In this document: positions 21,303-31,451 of the stretch, in pieces
Position numbering within the stretch: position 1 is the first letter of the stretch
Layout: the number at the start of each line of letters is the position of its first letter
IMG/VR virus record: IMGVR_UViG_3300030109_003951
Coordinates: 22,601 to 86,600 of that record
Length of the DNA: 64,000 nt
Reading direction: 5' to 3' (one strand)
Source of the DNA: a virus
Translations under genes and position numbers: made by a program
Notes under the pieces: model-generated
What the model saw: only the letters and a program-made list of their open reading frames with translations
The model's database searches: none
Told to the model about the DNA's origin: nothing

Positions 21303-23851
21303 TGACATTAATAGTTAACAATGACGGAGTAGGAATAAGCCAATTGGTAACACCAGCAAATACTGGTGACGAAACAGCAAGTTTACAAATTAGAGATGGG
21401 CTAGATTTCCCACACTCTGGGGTTTTCAAAGCATTGTATTCTGCGGCTACAGGAAATTACGCATTGAAAAATGGTGCGGCTGGAAGTATGGGATTCAATT
21501 TCACTTATGCTGGTGGAACATCCCCAACAGTAGCAGTTGCAGCAGGTAAAATATTTAGAGACGGGAAATATGTTTCAATAAGTGCTTTAAGCGCACACGC
21601 ATTAACTAGACCAAGTTCTGGTCACTTCTACCATCTAGTAGTAGTCAAAGCAGATAATTCAATGGATGTTAGGGAATCTTCTGCTAATGATGACATCCCA
21701 GAATTAACAGATGGAGATATTCCTATTGGTTTAGTTAAAGTTGCTCACGATGCTAATACTGCAACTGCAAGTTTACCAACACAGTTTTTTACATCACACA
21801 AAACAGACAATAATTTATCAGTAGGTTATGTAAATTCAAATGCATATACTCCGATAGGTGAACTAAGTGCTAGTGCAAGTGGTTTAGCGATTGATGGAAC
21901 AACTGCTACTATAGTTACTACTCCATTTATGTCATTAGGAAATGGTGCTACAAATGCGGGAGCATTAAGATTATTAGAAGATACAGATAATGGCGCACAT
22001 TATACTGGTTTTCAAGCACCTGCGGCAGTTACCGCAAATACACTTTATACTTTACCTGCCGATTATCCAGCAAGTAACAAGGTATTACAATCTACAGATG
22101 CGGGTATCTTAAGTTGGGAAACTATGTCTAGTGGAGCGGCTTTAACTGGTTCAACTGATAATACAATAGTAACTGTTACTGGTGCAAACGCTATTGCTGG
22201 TGAAGCCAATTTAACTTTTGATGGAACAGATTTAAAATTATTAAAAGATGCTAACAACGCAGATGTTTCATTAACTTTAGGTACATCTGACACTGAGGCA
22301 CTTAATCTACAAGTTCTTAACGGCAGTTCTAACAAAACAGCAGAGGAAATTAGAATTACTACAAAAACTGCATCGGGTACAGCAAATCATTCTAAAATAT
22401 CTGTTTACATAGATGAAGTAGAAATCTTAGATATTGATGACGGTGGTATAGATTTAGCATCGGGCAAAACATTTGCAATTGATGGAACTGATTTAGTATC
22501 AAGTCCTATTACTGCATTAAATAATGCAACCGCAAATGAACTTGTTACTGTTGGCTCTACTACAACTGAGTTAGATGCTGAATCCAATTTAACTTTTGAT
22601 GGTAAATCTATGGTGGTTAACACAGATACTTCGGGGGATGGTGCAGAAGATTTAGTAGGGCTTCACGTTGATTTTGATAGAACAGTTGCGGGTTCTGGAA
22701 CAGCCGCACATAACGATATTGGAATTAACTTAGATGTTAACTCTGCTAGTTTAGGAACATCATCTGTTATAGGTATGGACATTGATGTTGTTGGGGCGAC
22801 CAGTGGAACTTCGACAGCAACAGGTCTTACGGTTAATGTGGGTTCAGCAGATACGAATTATGCAGCACTTTTGAATGGTGGTAATGTTGGTATTGGGACT
22901 AGTACTCCTACTGCTCCTTTACATGTATTTACAACTAGTACTGCTGATACATTAAGATTAGAGGTAGATGATGATGGTACTGATACTGCACCCGATTTAG
23001 TTTTCAAAAGAACTAGTGCCGACCCTGCATCGGGAGATACACTTGGTAATATTATTTGGCAAGGTATGAATGATAATGGTAGTGGAACAATAGCAGAACA
23101 TGAATACGCAGATATGTATGCTAGAATAAATACCACTACTGCTGGTTCTGAATCGGGAGAACTATACTTTAGAACTCTTTTATCTGGTACTAGTAGAAGA
23201 AGATTGGATATGTCTTTGACAAAAACTGTAATAAATGAAGACGGTCAAAACATTGATACTAGAATCGAAAGTACTGGTGATATTAATTGTTTTGTTGTTG
23301 ATGCTGGTTTAGATAAAGTAGGAATTGGTCTTGCTACACCTAAAACAAAGTTAACAGTTGAGGGTGCTTTCACACTAAAAGAACAAGCAGATGCCGATGG
23401 TGATACTGCGGCTTACGGTCAATTATGGGTTCATGATGACACACCTAATACATTATATTTTACAAATGATGCAGGTAATGATATACTATTATCAGAAGAA
23501 GTTTTCATAATTTCTTTATCTGATGAAACTACAGACTTAACAACTGGAAATGGTAAAGCAAGTTTCAATATGCCTTTTGCTATGACACTAACTGGTGTAA
23601 AAGCAACTGTTAATACTGCACCAGTAGGCTCAACTATTACAGTAGATATAAATGAAGCAGGGTCAACAATACTTTCTACTAAATTAACAATAGATGCTAG
23701 TGAACTTACTTCTTCATCTGCTGCTGCTGCGCCAGTAATCAGTGATGCTTCTTTAGCGAATGATGCTTTGATAACTTTTGACATAGACCAAATAGGTTCT
23801 TCTACTGCTGGTAAAGGATTAAAGGTTACACTTTATGGATATAGGACATGA
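21302..23851 (+). CDS. tail fibre/receptor-binding protein
   Basis: GNVGIGTSTP and KVGIGLATP fibre motifs, repeated ExNLTFDG module. Confidence 0.8.
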   Translation: MTLIVNNDGVGISQLVTPANTGDETASLQIRDGLDFPHSGVFKALYSAATGNYALKNGAAGSMGFNFTYAGGTSPTVAVAAGKIFRDGKYVSISALSAHALTRPSSGHFYHLVVVKADNSMDVRESSANDDIPELTDGDIPIGLVKVAHDANTATASLPTQFFTSHKTDNNLSVGYVNSNAYTPIGELSASASGLAIDGTTATIVTTPFMSLGNGATNAGALRLLEDTDNGAHYTGFQAPAAVTANTLYTLPADYPASNKVLQSTDAGILSWETMSSGAALTGSTDNTIVTVTGANAIAGEANLTFDGTDLKLLKDANNADVSLTLGTSDTEALNLQVLNGSSNKTAEEIRITTKTASGTANHSKISVYIDEVEILDIDDGGIDLASGKTFAIDGTDLVSSPITALNNATANELVTVGSTTTELDAESNLTFDGKSMVVNTDTSGDGAEDLVGLHVDFDRTVAGSGTAAHNDIGINLDVNSASLGTSSVIGMDIDVVGATSGTSTATGLTVNVGSADTNYAALLNGGNVGIGTSTPTAPLHVFTTSTADTLRLEVDDDGTDTAPDLVFKRTSADPASGDTLGNIIWQGMNDNGSGTIAEHEYADMYARINTTTAGSESGELYFRTLLSGTSRRRLDMSLTKTVINEDGQNIDTRIESTGDINCFVVDAGLDKVGIGLATPKTKLTVEGAFTLKEQADADGDTAAYGQLWVHDDTPNTLYFTNDAGNDILLSEEVFIISLSDETTDLTTGNGKASFNMPFAMTLTGVKATVNTAPVGSTITVDINEAGSTILSTKLTIDASELTSSSAAAAPVISDASLANDALITFDIDQIGSSTAGKGLKVTLYGYRT

Positions 23852-24348
23852 TTGATATGGGTATTATTGTTATTAATTCTTATGCTTTTGGTGCTGCTTC
23901 TGCTACTGCTGGAATTACTGCATCTATAGTATCTGATGATGGGGATGGGGATTTACAAGGGGTTTCTAGTAATAATTTTAATGATGGTGAAGTTCTACAA
24001 GTACAATATTCTGGTAGTGGAGGAAGTTCCGTAGCATACACATTTGCTAGAGGTTCTTCAGTAATGGATGTAGGAACTTTAAGTGATGGTCCCGCAGGTG
24101 GTAGACAATCAATGCAAGTTATAGCATGGAAAGGTAATGCTAACCCTGCCAGTGGTAGTGATGTCACTTTATCGGGAACTGGTAGTAGCAATTCTAATGT
24201 TCATACAACTGTTGAAGAAACAGGAACTATTTATGTTATGATTAAAGCCAACTATGGTTCTGATTTTACATTAACTATATCCCAAAACGTAGATAGTGGA
24301 ACTGCTACCGCTTCTGATACTTCCATAACCGTTTTAGATAATACATGA
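23848..24348 (+). CDS. tail-fibre-associated beta-rich protein
   Basis: Ser/Gly/Thr-rich; follows the fibre gene. Confidence 0.55.
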   Translation: MIDMGIIVINSYAFGAASATAGITASIVSDDGDGDLQGVSSNNFNDGEVLQVQYSGSGGSSVAYTFARGSSVMDVGTLSDGPAGGRQSMQVIAWKGNANPASGSDVTLSGTGSSNSNVHTTVEETGTIYVMIKANYGSDFTLTISQNVDSGTATASDTSITVLDNT

Positions 24349-24355
24349 GGTAAAC

Positions 24356-24475
24356 ATGTCAGAAAAATTATCTCTTACCGTTTTAGAAACATGTGGTTTA
24401 TTTTTGATAGGAATATCTATGATTTCTAGTTTTTTTCTATTCATGTATGTTGTAGTTGAAAAACTGAAAAAGTAA
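24356..24475 (+). CDS. small single-TM protein (39 aa, not in ORF track)
   Basis: GAGGT RBS; hydrophobic core, ends KLKK. Confidence 0.5.
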   Translation: MSEKLSLTVLETCGLFLIGISMISSFFLFMYVVVEKLKK

Positions 24476-24837
24476 AAGTGCAATTTTACCCAAACATACC
24501 CCTTCTACCCCTACCTTTGCGTTGCCACTTTTTTTAGTTGTAACATGTTACAAAAATAAATTGTGTTCACTTTCATTTACAAATACACGTTACAAAAATT
24601 TAACAAAAGAATATTTTAAAAAAAATTAGTTTTATGTATTTTCAAACTTCTTCTCTATCTGGAACACTTCTGGTTTTGGCGGACTTCGAGGTTTGATGCT
24701 TACGATAGTTTTCGACTTGGAAGGCTTACTCACAATTAATCCAAAAATAAAAGTCCAAAAGTAAAAAGATAAAGTTAGCATCAAATCATACGACATGACG
24801 CAAGTAAGTTTAATCGAATTATATTTTTTTCCCAAAA

Positions 24838-24869
24838 TCCCTCCGCCTAAGCATCATTGGGAGGGGGGA
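24838..24869. terminator. GC-rich hairpin at the convergence of the late and replication operons
   Basis: TCCCTCC...GGAGGGGGGA stem just downstream of the last minus-strand ORF. Confidence 0.35.
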
Positions 24870-24874
24870 AATAG

Positions 24875-25015
24875 TTAAGCGTTATTCCAAAAGTAAGAAC
24901 ATTCACTACAGTTCCACAATTTTACATCTGGCCTATTTGATACATATTTTCCTATCAGTCTCAAAGGAATGATTGACTTTTTACAATTAGGACAGTATTG
25001 CCTAATTGAAGCCAT
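24875..25015 (-). CDS. Zn-ribbon mini-protein (46 aa)
   Basis: CPNC...WNCSEC, read manually. Confidence 0.6.
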   Translation of the reverse strand: MASIRQYCPNCKKSIIPLRLIGKYVSNRPDVKLWNCSECSYFWNNA

Positions 25016-25017
25016 CG

Positions 25018-25173
25018 TTACCGTCTTCCACCGTCTTTTTCTTGTTCCATTAATCTTGCCATATATTCTTCGATAGTTGCTTCATCAATATTGCTTGAGC
25101 CGAAGGCTGCGAAGAACAATATAGATATTACCACTAAGAAGAAAAACCAAGCCATTACTTCTGCTGTTTCCAT
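25018..25173 (-). CDS. small membrane protein (51 aa)
   Basis: METAEVMAWFFFLVVISILFFAAFGS..., GGAGA RBS. Confidence 0.6.
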   Translation of the reverse strand: METAEVMAWFFFLVVISILFFAAFGSSNIDEATIEEYMARLMEQEKDGGRR

Positions 25174-25192
25174 TCTTTTTCATCTCCTTTTT

Positions 25193-25480
25193 TTAATCGT
25201 GGGGCATTGCTTCTAAATAATTTTTTAATTGTATTAATAATTTTGTTATTTCTTGATACTCTTTTTCTTGTTTTGTGTCATATTGTTTATATTCGCTGCT
25301 GCTTTTATCTCTCGTAAAATATCCCTTCGTTGCCTGTGACGAACCAAAACTAATAATCTCTCCACCCAACTCACCAATTGCATTTATTGCATCTCTTTTA
25401 CTTTTGATTTGTTTAACAATATCTTCTTTTTTAATTTCCTCATTACTAAATCCTGTTCCTGTAAAATTTTGCATTACCAA
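25193..25480 (-). CDS. hypothetical protein
   Basis: ORF coupled to the exonuclease stop. Confidence 0.55.
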   Translation of the reverse strand: MVMQNFTGTGFSNEEIKKEDIVKQIKSKRDAINAIGELGGEIISFGSSQATKGYFTRDKSSSEYKQYDTKQEKEYQEITKLLIQLKNYLEAMPHD

Positions 25481-26061
25481 TCAACCCCGATTTCAATTAC
25501 GCTATCTTGCACTTGACTATAAGCCTTTACCATGTTTTCTTTACCATGCTTCCACAAATCATATACTAATTTAGTATCTTTTGCACAATAATCCATAACA
25601 GTGTCATATTCTCCAGATTTCCACAATGCTGGTGCTTGGACACTTTCTAAAGATTTTTTCTCTCCTAAATTATAGTGAACTAGATTTTCTAAATGGAATC
25701 TTTCTCCTTGAGTCTTATTCAAGATAGTGCTAGTATCAATATATCTTTTTTCTGTTAAGTATTTGTGAATGCAACCAATGTGTGTCGTTGGTGAATCTCT
25801 TAATACTGGTAAATCAAATCCACGAATGTTATGGCCCAATAAGAAACCACCTTTCTCAAAATGGTCATCTAAATCAAACTTTAATTGTCTAAGAGGAAAT
25901 ACCCCTTCTTTTTGAATATCATTTTCATCTGCGTAAGTTTTCATTGTTGTGCCATCATATGTGCAAACTGTAGAAACTACAAACATGTGAGTGTTGCCCC
26001 AACCACCTATTTCATTGGAAAGATTTTTTGTTTCCAAATCTAAGGCCATTACATTACTCAA
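25474..26061 (-). CDS. DEDD/RNase H-like 3'-5' exonuclease
   Basis: ExoI LDLET, ExoII GHNIRGFD, ExoIII YCAKD. Confidence 0.85.
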   Translation of the reverse strand: MSNVMALDLETKNLSNEIGGWGNTHMFVVSTVCTYDGTTMKTYADENDIQKEGVFPLRQLKFDLDDHFEKGGFLLGHNIRGFDLPVLRDSPTTHIGCIHKYLTEKRYIDTSTILNKTQGERFHLENLVHYNLGEKKSLESVQAPALWKSGEYDTVMDYCAKDTKLVYDLWKHGKENMVKAYSQVQDSVIEIGVDW

Positions 26062-26117
26062 TTAATACCACCTACTACAAGACGCTATTTCATAAATCGA
26101 AAGCCAAGTAGTAGTGT

Positions 26118-26348
26118 TCATTGTTTATCGCTCCAAAGATTTAGTAGTTCTTTTTTCTTCTCATCTTCTTTGCCTTCTGGTTCTTCTGGCTCAACTGCTC
26201 TTTTCATATAAGCACATAATTTTACACCAGCAACAGGTAACAAGGAACACAATTCCCAACCATCTGCACCATGAGTATTCAAGACCTCTTGAATAATTTT
26301 TGGCCCCTTCTCTATATCAAATACTATGAAATCGTATTCCCAATTCAT
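26118..26348 (-). CDS. DUF4177-like small protein
   Basis: WEY...LNTHGADGWELC...YMKR. Confidence 0.7.
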   Translation of the reverse strand: MNWEYDFIVFDIEKGPKIIQEVLNTHGADGWELCSLLPVAGVKLCAYMKRAVEPEEPEGKEDEKKKELLNLWSDKQ

Positions 26349-27934
26349 TCTTGTTTCCTCCATTTTATGTAGTAAGTACGTCCTACTTGTTTCTCCTCAA
26401 AGTATTCTGATACTTTATCTTTATTCCAATATCGCCATATTGTGACTGTTCCTTTACCCATTTGGGATGCAACCTTGTCTAAACATGTCTTTTTGTGGAC
26501 AAATCCTTCTGAGTCCTTAGAGCATGAATCAAATGCCTCTTTGAAACATTTTAATCTAATAGATTGTTCCAATAATACATTTGCCCCATCTCCCCTTATA
26601 CTATTTTGTAACCATTCTATCAAATAATCATAACATGGTTCTACAATTTTTCTTGCTTGATGCATATTTTTAGCAGTGACTATAAATTTACCTTGTGTTC
26701 TGTTAACTGATTCAATAGCACAAATCAAAGTAGAAAATATCATTTCATATTGTATTAGATTGATTTGGAATGACCTTGCAAGTTTTCTTATTTTAGGTGA
26801 GTGGTGAATAATTGCATTTTCCATTTGATTGTAAGATATTCTCAACACTTCCTTAGCATTAGGGTCAAAATTAAAAACTCTAGATTTAACCTTAACATCA
26901 TTATATCTTTTTTCTACTTCTTCATAGATTCTAACCATAGCCTTTGCGAATCTCTCACAATCTGGGAAACCATCGAATTCTTCCCCTAACCCATCAATGA
27001 ATGTATCTCTTTGTAAATAAAGCATGTCTTCATCTACTTCTCTAACATAAACTAATGCCCTTTGCAATGCACCACTGTTAAACAATATTTCTAAAAAATT
27101 GTTAGGAACATATGTCGTTGCGTACATTGAACGCTGACAATCACAAACTATTTCCTTGTCCCCTCCTGCCAATCTTTTACGAATGACATTAGAAGAACTT
27201 TCTAAACCATTCATGAATTTTTGAAGATATACTAACACGTTGTCATTGTTTGCTTTTTTCTTGAATATACCACTTGATTCAAATTCATCCCATTGTGCAA
27301 GACCGCTCCCTTCTAAACCACCTTGTATGAAAATTTGTCTGTTTATTCTTACGTCATTTGGGCCTAAGAAGTCGTTTGGTAAAGTGGGTACATCGTCAAA
27401 CATTTGTGTCAAATCTTCATCAGATAGGTCTTCTAGTTCCATGTTGTTATTATCTAACCAATTCATTACTCTTTGTCTAAGGGTGTTGTCAAATGAACCA
27501 TTAGTCCCGAAAGAACCTATCATTGCAGCATCAGTTGCTTCAACTATTTCAAACACATCGAATTTACTTGCTTCATCGTTATCTTCATTTTTAGTGTTAA
27601 GGTCTTCAAATACCATATCACAAACAGACTCTAACATTTTCCATATTGCGGTTTTACCAGTCCTTGCTGTTTGAAACCAAGCAAAATGAACTCTGGGGTC
27701 GATACGTTGTGCTTTTACTGGAATGGTATAGAAGTCTTTCAAAATTTGCCCAAGTATCATAAAGAAAGATATTGTAGCAGGAAATTCATTTTGAATAGAA
27801 AACTGACTTGCCGTTTCTACATAATCCTTTACCAACTTAGGTAATTCGTAATCTTGTCCTTCTGGCATGGGTATGTTTAAATTTGGAACCTCGTCCATAA
27901 AGTCTCTAAAGTCATCTTCAAATCCGTCAATCAT
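26345..27934 (-). CDS. AAA+ ATPase, putative replicative helicase (MCM/DUF3987-like)
   Basis: Walker A ARTGKT, Walker B WDEFE, arginine-finger-like GALQRAL; replisome context. Confidence 0.65.
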   Translation of the reverse strand: MIDGFEDDFRDFMDEVPNLNIPMPEGQDYELPKLVKDYVETASQFSIQNEFPATISFFMILGQILKDFYTIPVKAQRIDPRVHFAWFQTARTGKTAIWKMLESVCDMVFEDLNTKNEDNDEASKFDVFEIVEATDAAMIGSFGTNGSFDNTLRQRVMNWLDNNNMELEDLSDEDLTQMFDDVPTLPNDFLGPNDVRINRQIFIQGGLEGSGLAQWDEFESSGIFKKKANNDNVLVYLQKFMNGLESSSNVIRKRLAGGDKEIVCDCQRSMYATTYVPNNFLEILFNSGALQRALVYVREVDEDMLYLQRDTFIDGLGEEFDGFPDCERFAKAMVRIYEEVEKRYNDVKVKSRVFNFDPNAKEVLRISYNQMENAIIHHSPKIRKLARSFQINLIQYEMIFSTLICAIESVNRTQGKFIVTAKNMHQARKIVEPCYDYLIEWLQNSIRGDGANVLLEQSIRLKCFKEAFDSCSKDSEGFVHKKTCLDKVASQMGKGTVTIWRYWNKDKVSEYFEEKQVGRTYYIKWRKQE

Positions 27935-28626
27935 TGTCTCACCTTTTCTTCTGAATTTAATATATTTAATAGTCTTTCGGCAGTTACTTTGCCTATGCCT
28001 TTGATTTTAAGAATATCCGAAACTTCGTTTTCCCCTATCTCCATAATACAACCAAAATGTTCTAACAACAATCTTGCTTTTGGCCTAGTAAGACCTTTTA
28101 ACATTGCCAACATATCTACTCTGATGTCCTCTGTTGTTATCTTTTTAATTATTGTGGGTTCAATGACCGCTCTTTTATTTGGAGCCATTTTTATAATAGT
28201 CATTAATTCATCAATAACATTTACTTCGCTATCTTTCCAAATAACATCTACATCATAATCTAGCCTTATCCTACCAACTGCACCCATAAATTTTTGTTTT
28301 AACCAAATAGATTTTGAGCGGTAATCAGAACTACCTCCTGTACTGTGAGTCATGAATTTATCTACTGCTTCTAATACTGTCCCATGAATAACAACAAAAT
28401 TTCTTTGATAGTTTCTATCCATGTTATCTATTTGATTCCAAATTCTTTTGTTTAATACAGACTGCAAAAAATCTTGAGAAGATTTTATTTCAAAACAGAT
28501 GTCACCAAATACATAGTCGCCAACCTTTAATCTTTTTCTCTCAGTTAATATTCCCATCTTACCCGCTTTCTCTTGCACTACATTTGTAAAGGAAGATTTT
28601 TCTCTATCATCAATAATTAAAGCCAC
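27931..28626 (-). CDS. ERCC4/XPF-family endonuclease with HhH domain
   Basis: IDDRE, LKVGDY, FEIKS..DF..S, IKGIGKVTA. Confidence 0.9.
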   Translation of the reverse strand: MALIIDDREKSSFTNVVQEKAGKMGILTERKRLKVGDYVFGDICFEIKSSQDFLQSVLNKRIWNQIDNMDRNYQRNFVVIHGTVLEAVDKFMTHSTGGSSDYRSKSIWLKQKFMGAVGRIRLDYDVDVIWKDSEVNVIDELMTIIKMAPNKRAVIEPTIIKKITTEDIRVDMLAMLKGLTRPKARLLLEHFGCIMEIGENEVSDILKIKGIGKVTAERLLNILNSEEKVRQ

Positions 28627-28880
28627 TAATCTTCCCTCCTAAATAAAGTGTGTTGTTTCGGTTTATGATAAATATATACTGGATTACTCCTAAGATATTT
28701 ACTCAACCTAACCGATTGAGGTACATATAGAGTTCCCTTTCTAACAATGAGGTCTTCTATAATACCTTTCAAACTTCTTTCTTTCCCGTCTTTCATAATT
28801 TCATCTACCCAGTCTTGCCAATAAGACCTTCTTTTTCTCTCTATCCTTGGTGCTTTTTTCATTCTGGAAACCTCCAACAT
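28626..28880 (-). CDS. small basic putative wHTH protein
   Basis: 84 aa, basic helical pattern. Confidence 0.5.
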   Translation of the reverse strand: MLEVSRMKKAPRIERKRRSYWQDWVDEIMKDGKERSLKGIIEDLIVRKGTLYVPQSVRLSKYLRSNPVYIYHKPKQHTLFRRED

Positions 28881-29872
28881 TTTCCGATACAGTAACCTTC
28901 TGGTATTAATATTTCAGAACAACTGGGCGCATTATAACCCTTCTTCACAATACCTGTTACATATTTTCTAGTAAGGGTTTCATTCCAATCTAGCCAAATA
29001 TTTTGACCTAAACCCTCTATTGATTTTAATTCATTCATAATTTTTTCAATGACTACTGGTTGGTCTTCCATTGCTATTTTAGCAGTAGTTGACCCACCAC
29101 CCAATATAGTTCTCCACCAAGATATAAGATATACTCTTGCAGCATGAGAGGGATTTTGAACCATAATTGCGTTATATAAACAAGGCAATACTGATAGTTT
29201 TCCCAACTTTCTCACTTCCGCAATTTCCTTCGGTGCTGCCGATAGTACTTGAACTTCTGGCCAATTAACTAATTTTTCACCATAAGTTTTTCTTGTGTGA
29301 CTTTTAGATTTAGCCATGTCCATTGTGAATTTTTCTAACTGCTCTGTAGTCAATGGAATACAATATAGTTGAGATGCCATGTTCATAGTATTAACAATTC
29401 TTCTATGCCTTCCTATTTGAACACCACAATCATCTAAAGTTTCATACTTCCATTGTTTGAACCAAGATTGTATTTGTCTAATATCTGTCGCTCTTTCACC
29501 ATACACATGAATGTGAAATCCTCGACCACTAAACACAATGTCATGTTTAATGTTGTTATTTAGCAACACCCTAGCACAATGCAAAGTGTCTTTTCTAGCC
29601 TGTTCAAGTTGGTCATCATGAGCATCAAAATCTAAAAACACCCTATCTAATATGACAGTTCTTTGTATAGGAACACCTGTCGTCCTACCCCAAGTATCTA
29701 CCTTATCTGTAAATTGTTCATAGTCATATACATTAGTGTAACAATTTCTCCTGCCACTATTTATCTTTACCAAGTCTGCATATTCTTCTTTATTCCAAAC
29801 AACAATCCTTGGTGATTGCCCATCAGTAGAAAGATGTGACCCAAACCAAACTTCTCTAGGAAACCTCATCAA
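28859..29872 (-). CDS. archaeo-eukaryotic primase, PriS-PriL fusion
   Basis: FLDFD and FSGRGFH catalytic motifs; LPC...HAARVYL...YNAPSC...C...C Fe-S-type domain. Confidence 0.85.
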   Translation of the reverse strand: MMRFPREVWFGSHLSTDGQSPRIVVWNKEEYADLVKINSGRRNCYTNVYDYEQFTDKVDTWGRTTGVPIQRTVILDRVFLDFDAHDDQLEQARKDTLHCARVLLNNNIKHDIVFSGRGFHIHVYGERATDIRQIQSWFKQWKYETLDDCGVQIGRHRRIVNTMNMASQLYCIPLTTEQLEKFTMDMAKSKSHTRKTYGEKLVNWPEVQVLSAAPKEIAEVRKLGKLSVLPCLYNAIMVQNPSHAARVYLISWWRTILGGGSTTAKIAMEDQPVVIEKIMNELKSIEGLGQNIWLDWNETLTRKYVTGIVKKGYNAPSCSEILIPEGYCIGKCWRFPE

Positions 29873-30018
29873 AACACCAAAACAAATATTGTGATAATTG
29901 TTGCGATGTTGACACCATTAACCATCATCAATATTCGATTACTGAATTGTAAAGTTTTATGGATTTCTTCCAACGTCTCATTTAACTTATCTTGTCCCTC
30001 TATTATTTTATCATACAT
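29869..30018 (-). CDS. small membrane-anchored protein (49 aa)
   Basis: Coiled coil plus C-terminal hydrophobic helix; fills the gap between neighbours. Confidence 0.5.
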   Translation of the reverse strand: MYDKIIEGQDKLNETLEEIHKTLQFSNRILMMVNGVNIATIITIFVLVF

Positions 30019-30019
30019 A

Positions 30020-30430
30020 TTATACCCTCTTTACTTTTACGTTACCGCCTCTTGTTTTTATCTCGCCTTCCTTTGGCGGCTCTGATTCCTTTATAGGTTC
30101 TTCTACTGGTTCTGGTGGTAGCGGTGGTATTTCTTCCACAACTGGAAACGACACATGGTCGCCAAAAGAAACAGTAGCCGACTCAAATTTATTTTGAAAT
30201 ACAACCATTATTTCCTTTGTTAACTGCCCTTTGACTAATGGTGGGAACACCATAGCAAAAGTTCCTTGTGGAATATTACATTCCCACACTAATTTTATTT
30301 TTTCAGTATTAGTCATTTCCATGTATAGTTCTTCTGCCAATTGGTTGGCGACCTCTTTTAATTTCAATAAGTCTGAAAACTTCCATTCTTGCTTTTCTAT
30401 TTTTTTTATTATTTTATCTTTCATTACCAA
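30020..30430 (-). CDS. hypothetical protein
   Basis: 136 aa with P/E-rich linker. Confidence 0.6.
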   Translation of the reverse strand: MVMKDKIIKKIEKQEWKFSDLLKLKEVANQLAEELYMEMTNTEKIKLVWECNIPQGTFAMVFPPLVKGQLTKEIMVVFQNKFESATVSFGDHVSFPVVEEIPPLPPEPVEEPIKESEPPKEGEIKTRGGNVKVKRV

Positions 30431-31284
30431 TCCTCCAATCCTGTTTCTCCTGCTGTTTCACATAGTCCTAAGAAAGAGCAGTGTTGACATTTTTTATAAT
30501 AAAAAGATGCTGGAAACTGATTGTTCTCATAAGCCCATATCAACTTAGCAAATCTTTTCTTTAGTGCTGTCGAAGAAGAATTTTTGACCTCCTCTAAATA
30601 GCAGTAATTACTTTCTGGATAATACCAACCCCATTTTGTTATAGGGCCAAATAAATTTTCTCCGTTTTCATCTACGGCTAATTCCATTAGCAATTTGTAA
30701 AAAGCCATCTCCCCTCTCATGTGACTGAGTTTAGTATCTTTCCAAAGTCCTGTTTTTAATTCCATAGGAAAGCAGTGACCGTCTTCGATAAAAACCCTAT
30801 CAATGATTCCTTGTAAATGTACAATGTAACTTCTTTTTAATTCGTATTTAGGGTCAGCATCAAAAGGAATAAGTAATTGTGCATCTAATCGTATTTCATT
30901 TTCAACGGGGATAAAAGAACTTAGTGCATCGTTTTCTTTAGATTGTAAAAACCTTTGAGTTTCAAAAGCAACTACATTGTCATAGACATCACCATAATCA
31001 TCTATAGGAAATAATGCTGTAAAATAATCATACAATTCATCTTCATTCATATTTTCTGCTTTCTTAATATCGAATTCATCCCATAAATTTTCATAAGCAT
31101 TGTGTACAGTAGAACCTTTAATCATTGCAGGAGAAGAATCTTGAGGCAACCTTTCTATGTATTGGTGTAGATATTGTCTATTACACCATTTAAAAGTGCT
31201 TAAAGACGATTTAGTAACCTTCAATATAGGTTTAGTGTCATCATCAAAATTTTCTGGGTTCCATTGGTATGTGTATTCTTGCAT
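30424..31284 (-). CDS. Cas4/AddB-like PD-(D/E)XK exonuclease
   Basis: WC, G.TVH, GIIDRV, ELKTG, C-terminal CQHCSF..LC. Confidence 0.85.
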   Translation of the reverse strand: MQEYTYQWNPENFDDDTKPILKVTKSSLSTFKWCNRQYLHQYIERLPQDSSPAMIKGSTVHNAYENLWDEFDIKKAENMNEDELYDYFTALFPIDDYGDVYDNVVAFETQRFLQSKENDALSSFIPVENEIRLDAQLLIPFDADPKYELKRSYIVHLQGIIDRVFIEDGHCFPMELKTGLWKDTKLSHMRGEMAFYKLLMELAVDENGENLFGPITKWGWYYPESNYCYLEEVKNSSSTALKKRFAKLIWAYENNQFPASFYYKKCQHCSFLGLCETAGETGLEDW

Positions 31285-31451
31285 TATAATTCCTCCTTCC
31301 ATTCTTCAATTACTTGTTCTATTTTTGAAATTAAATTAATTATTTTTTTTTGATTGTTTGTTAAGACATTTACTTGTCCCTGTAAAGATTCTATTTTAAT
31401 TTGCATTCTAGTTACTTTTTTATCATCTCTAACTTCTTTCTTCCAAAACAT
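31284..31451 (-). CDS. small coiled-coil protein (55 aa)
   Basis: Read manually; overlaps both neighbours by 1 nt. Confidence 0.5.
   Translation of the reverse strand: MFWKKEVRDDKKVTRMQIKIESLQGQVNVLTNNQKKIINLISKIEQVIEEWKEEL

Noticed and set aside
30424-31284. Cas4-like gene as part of a CRISPR-Cas system
   Set aside because: Solo nuclease in the replication operon with a PIP-like tail; no cas1, cas2 or array
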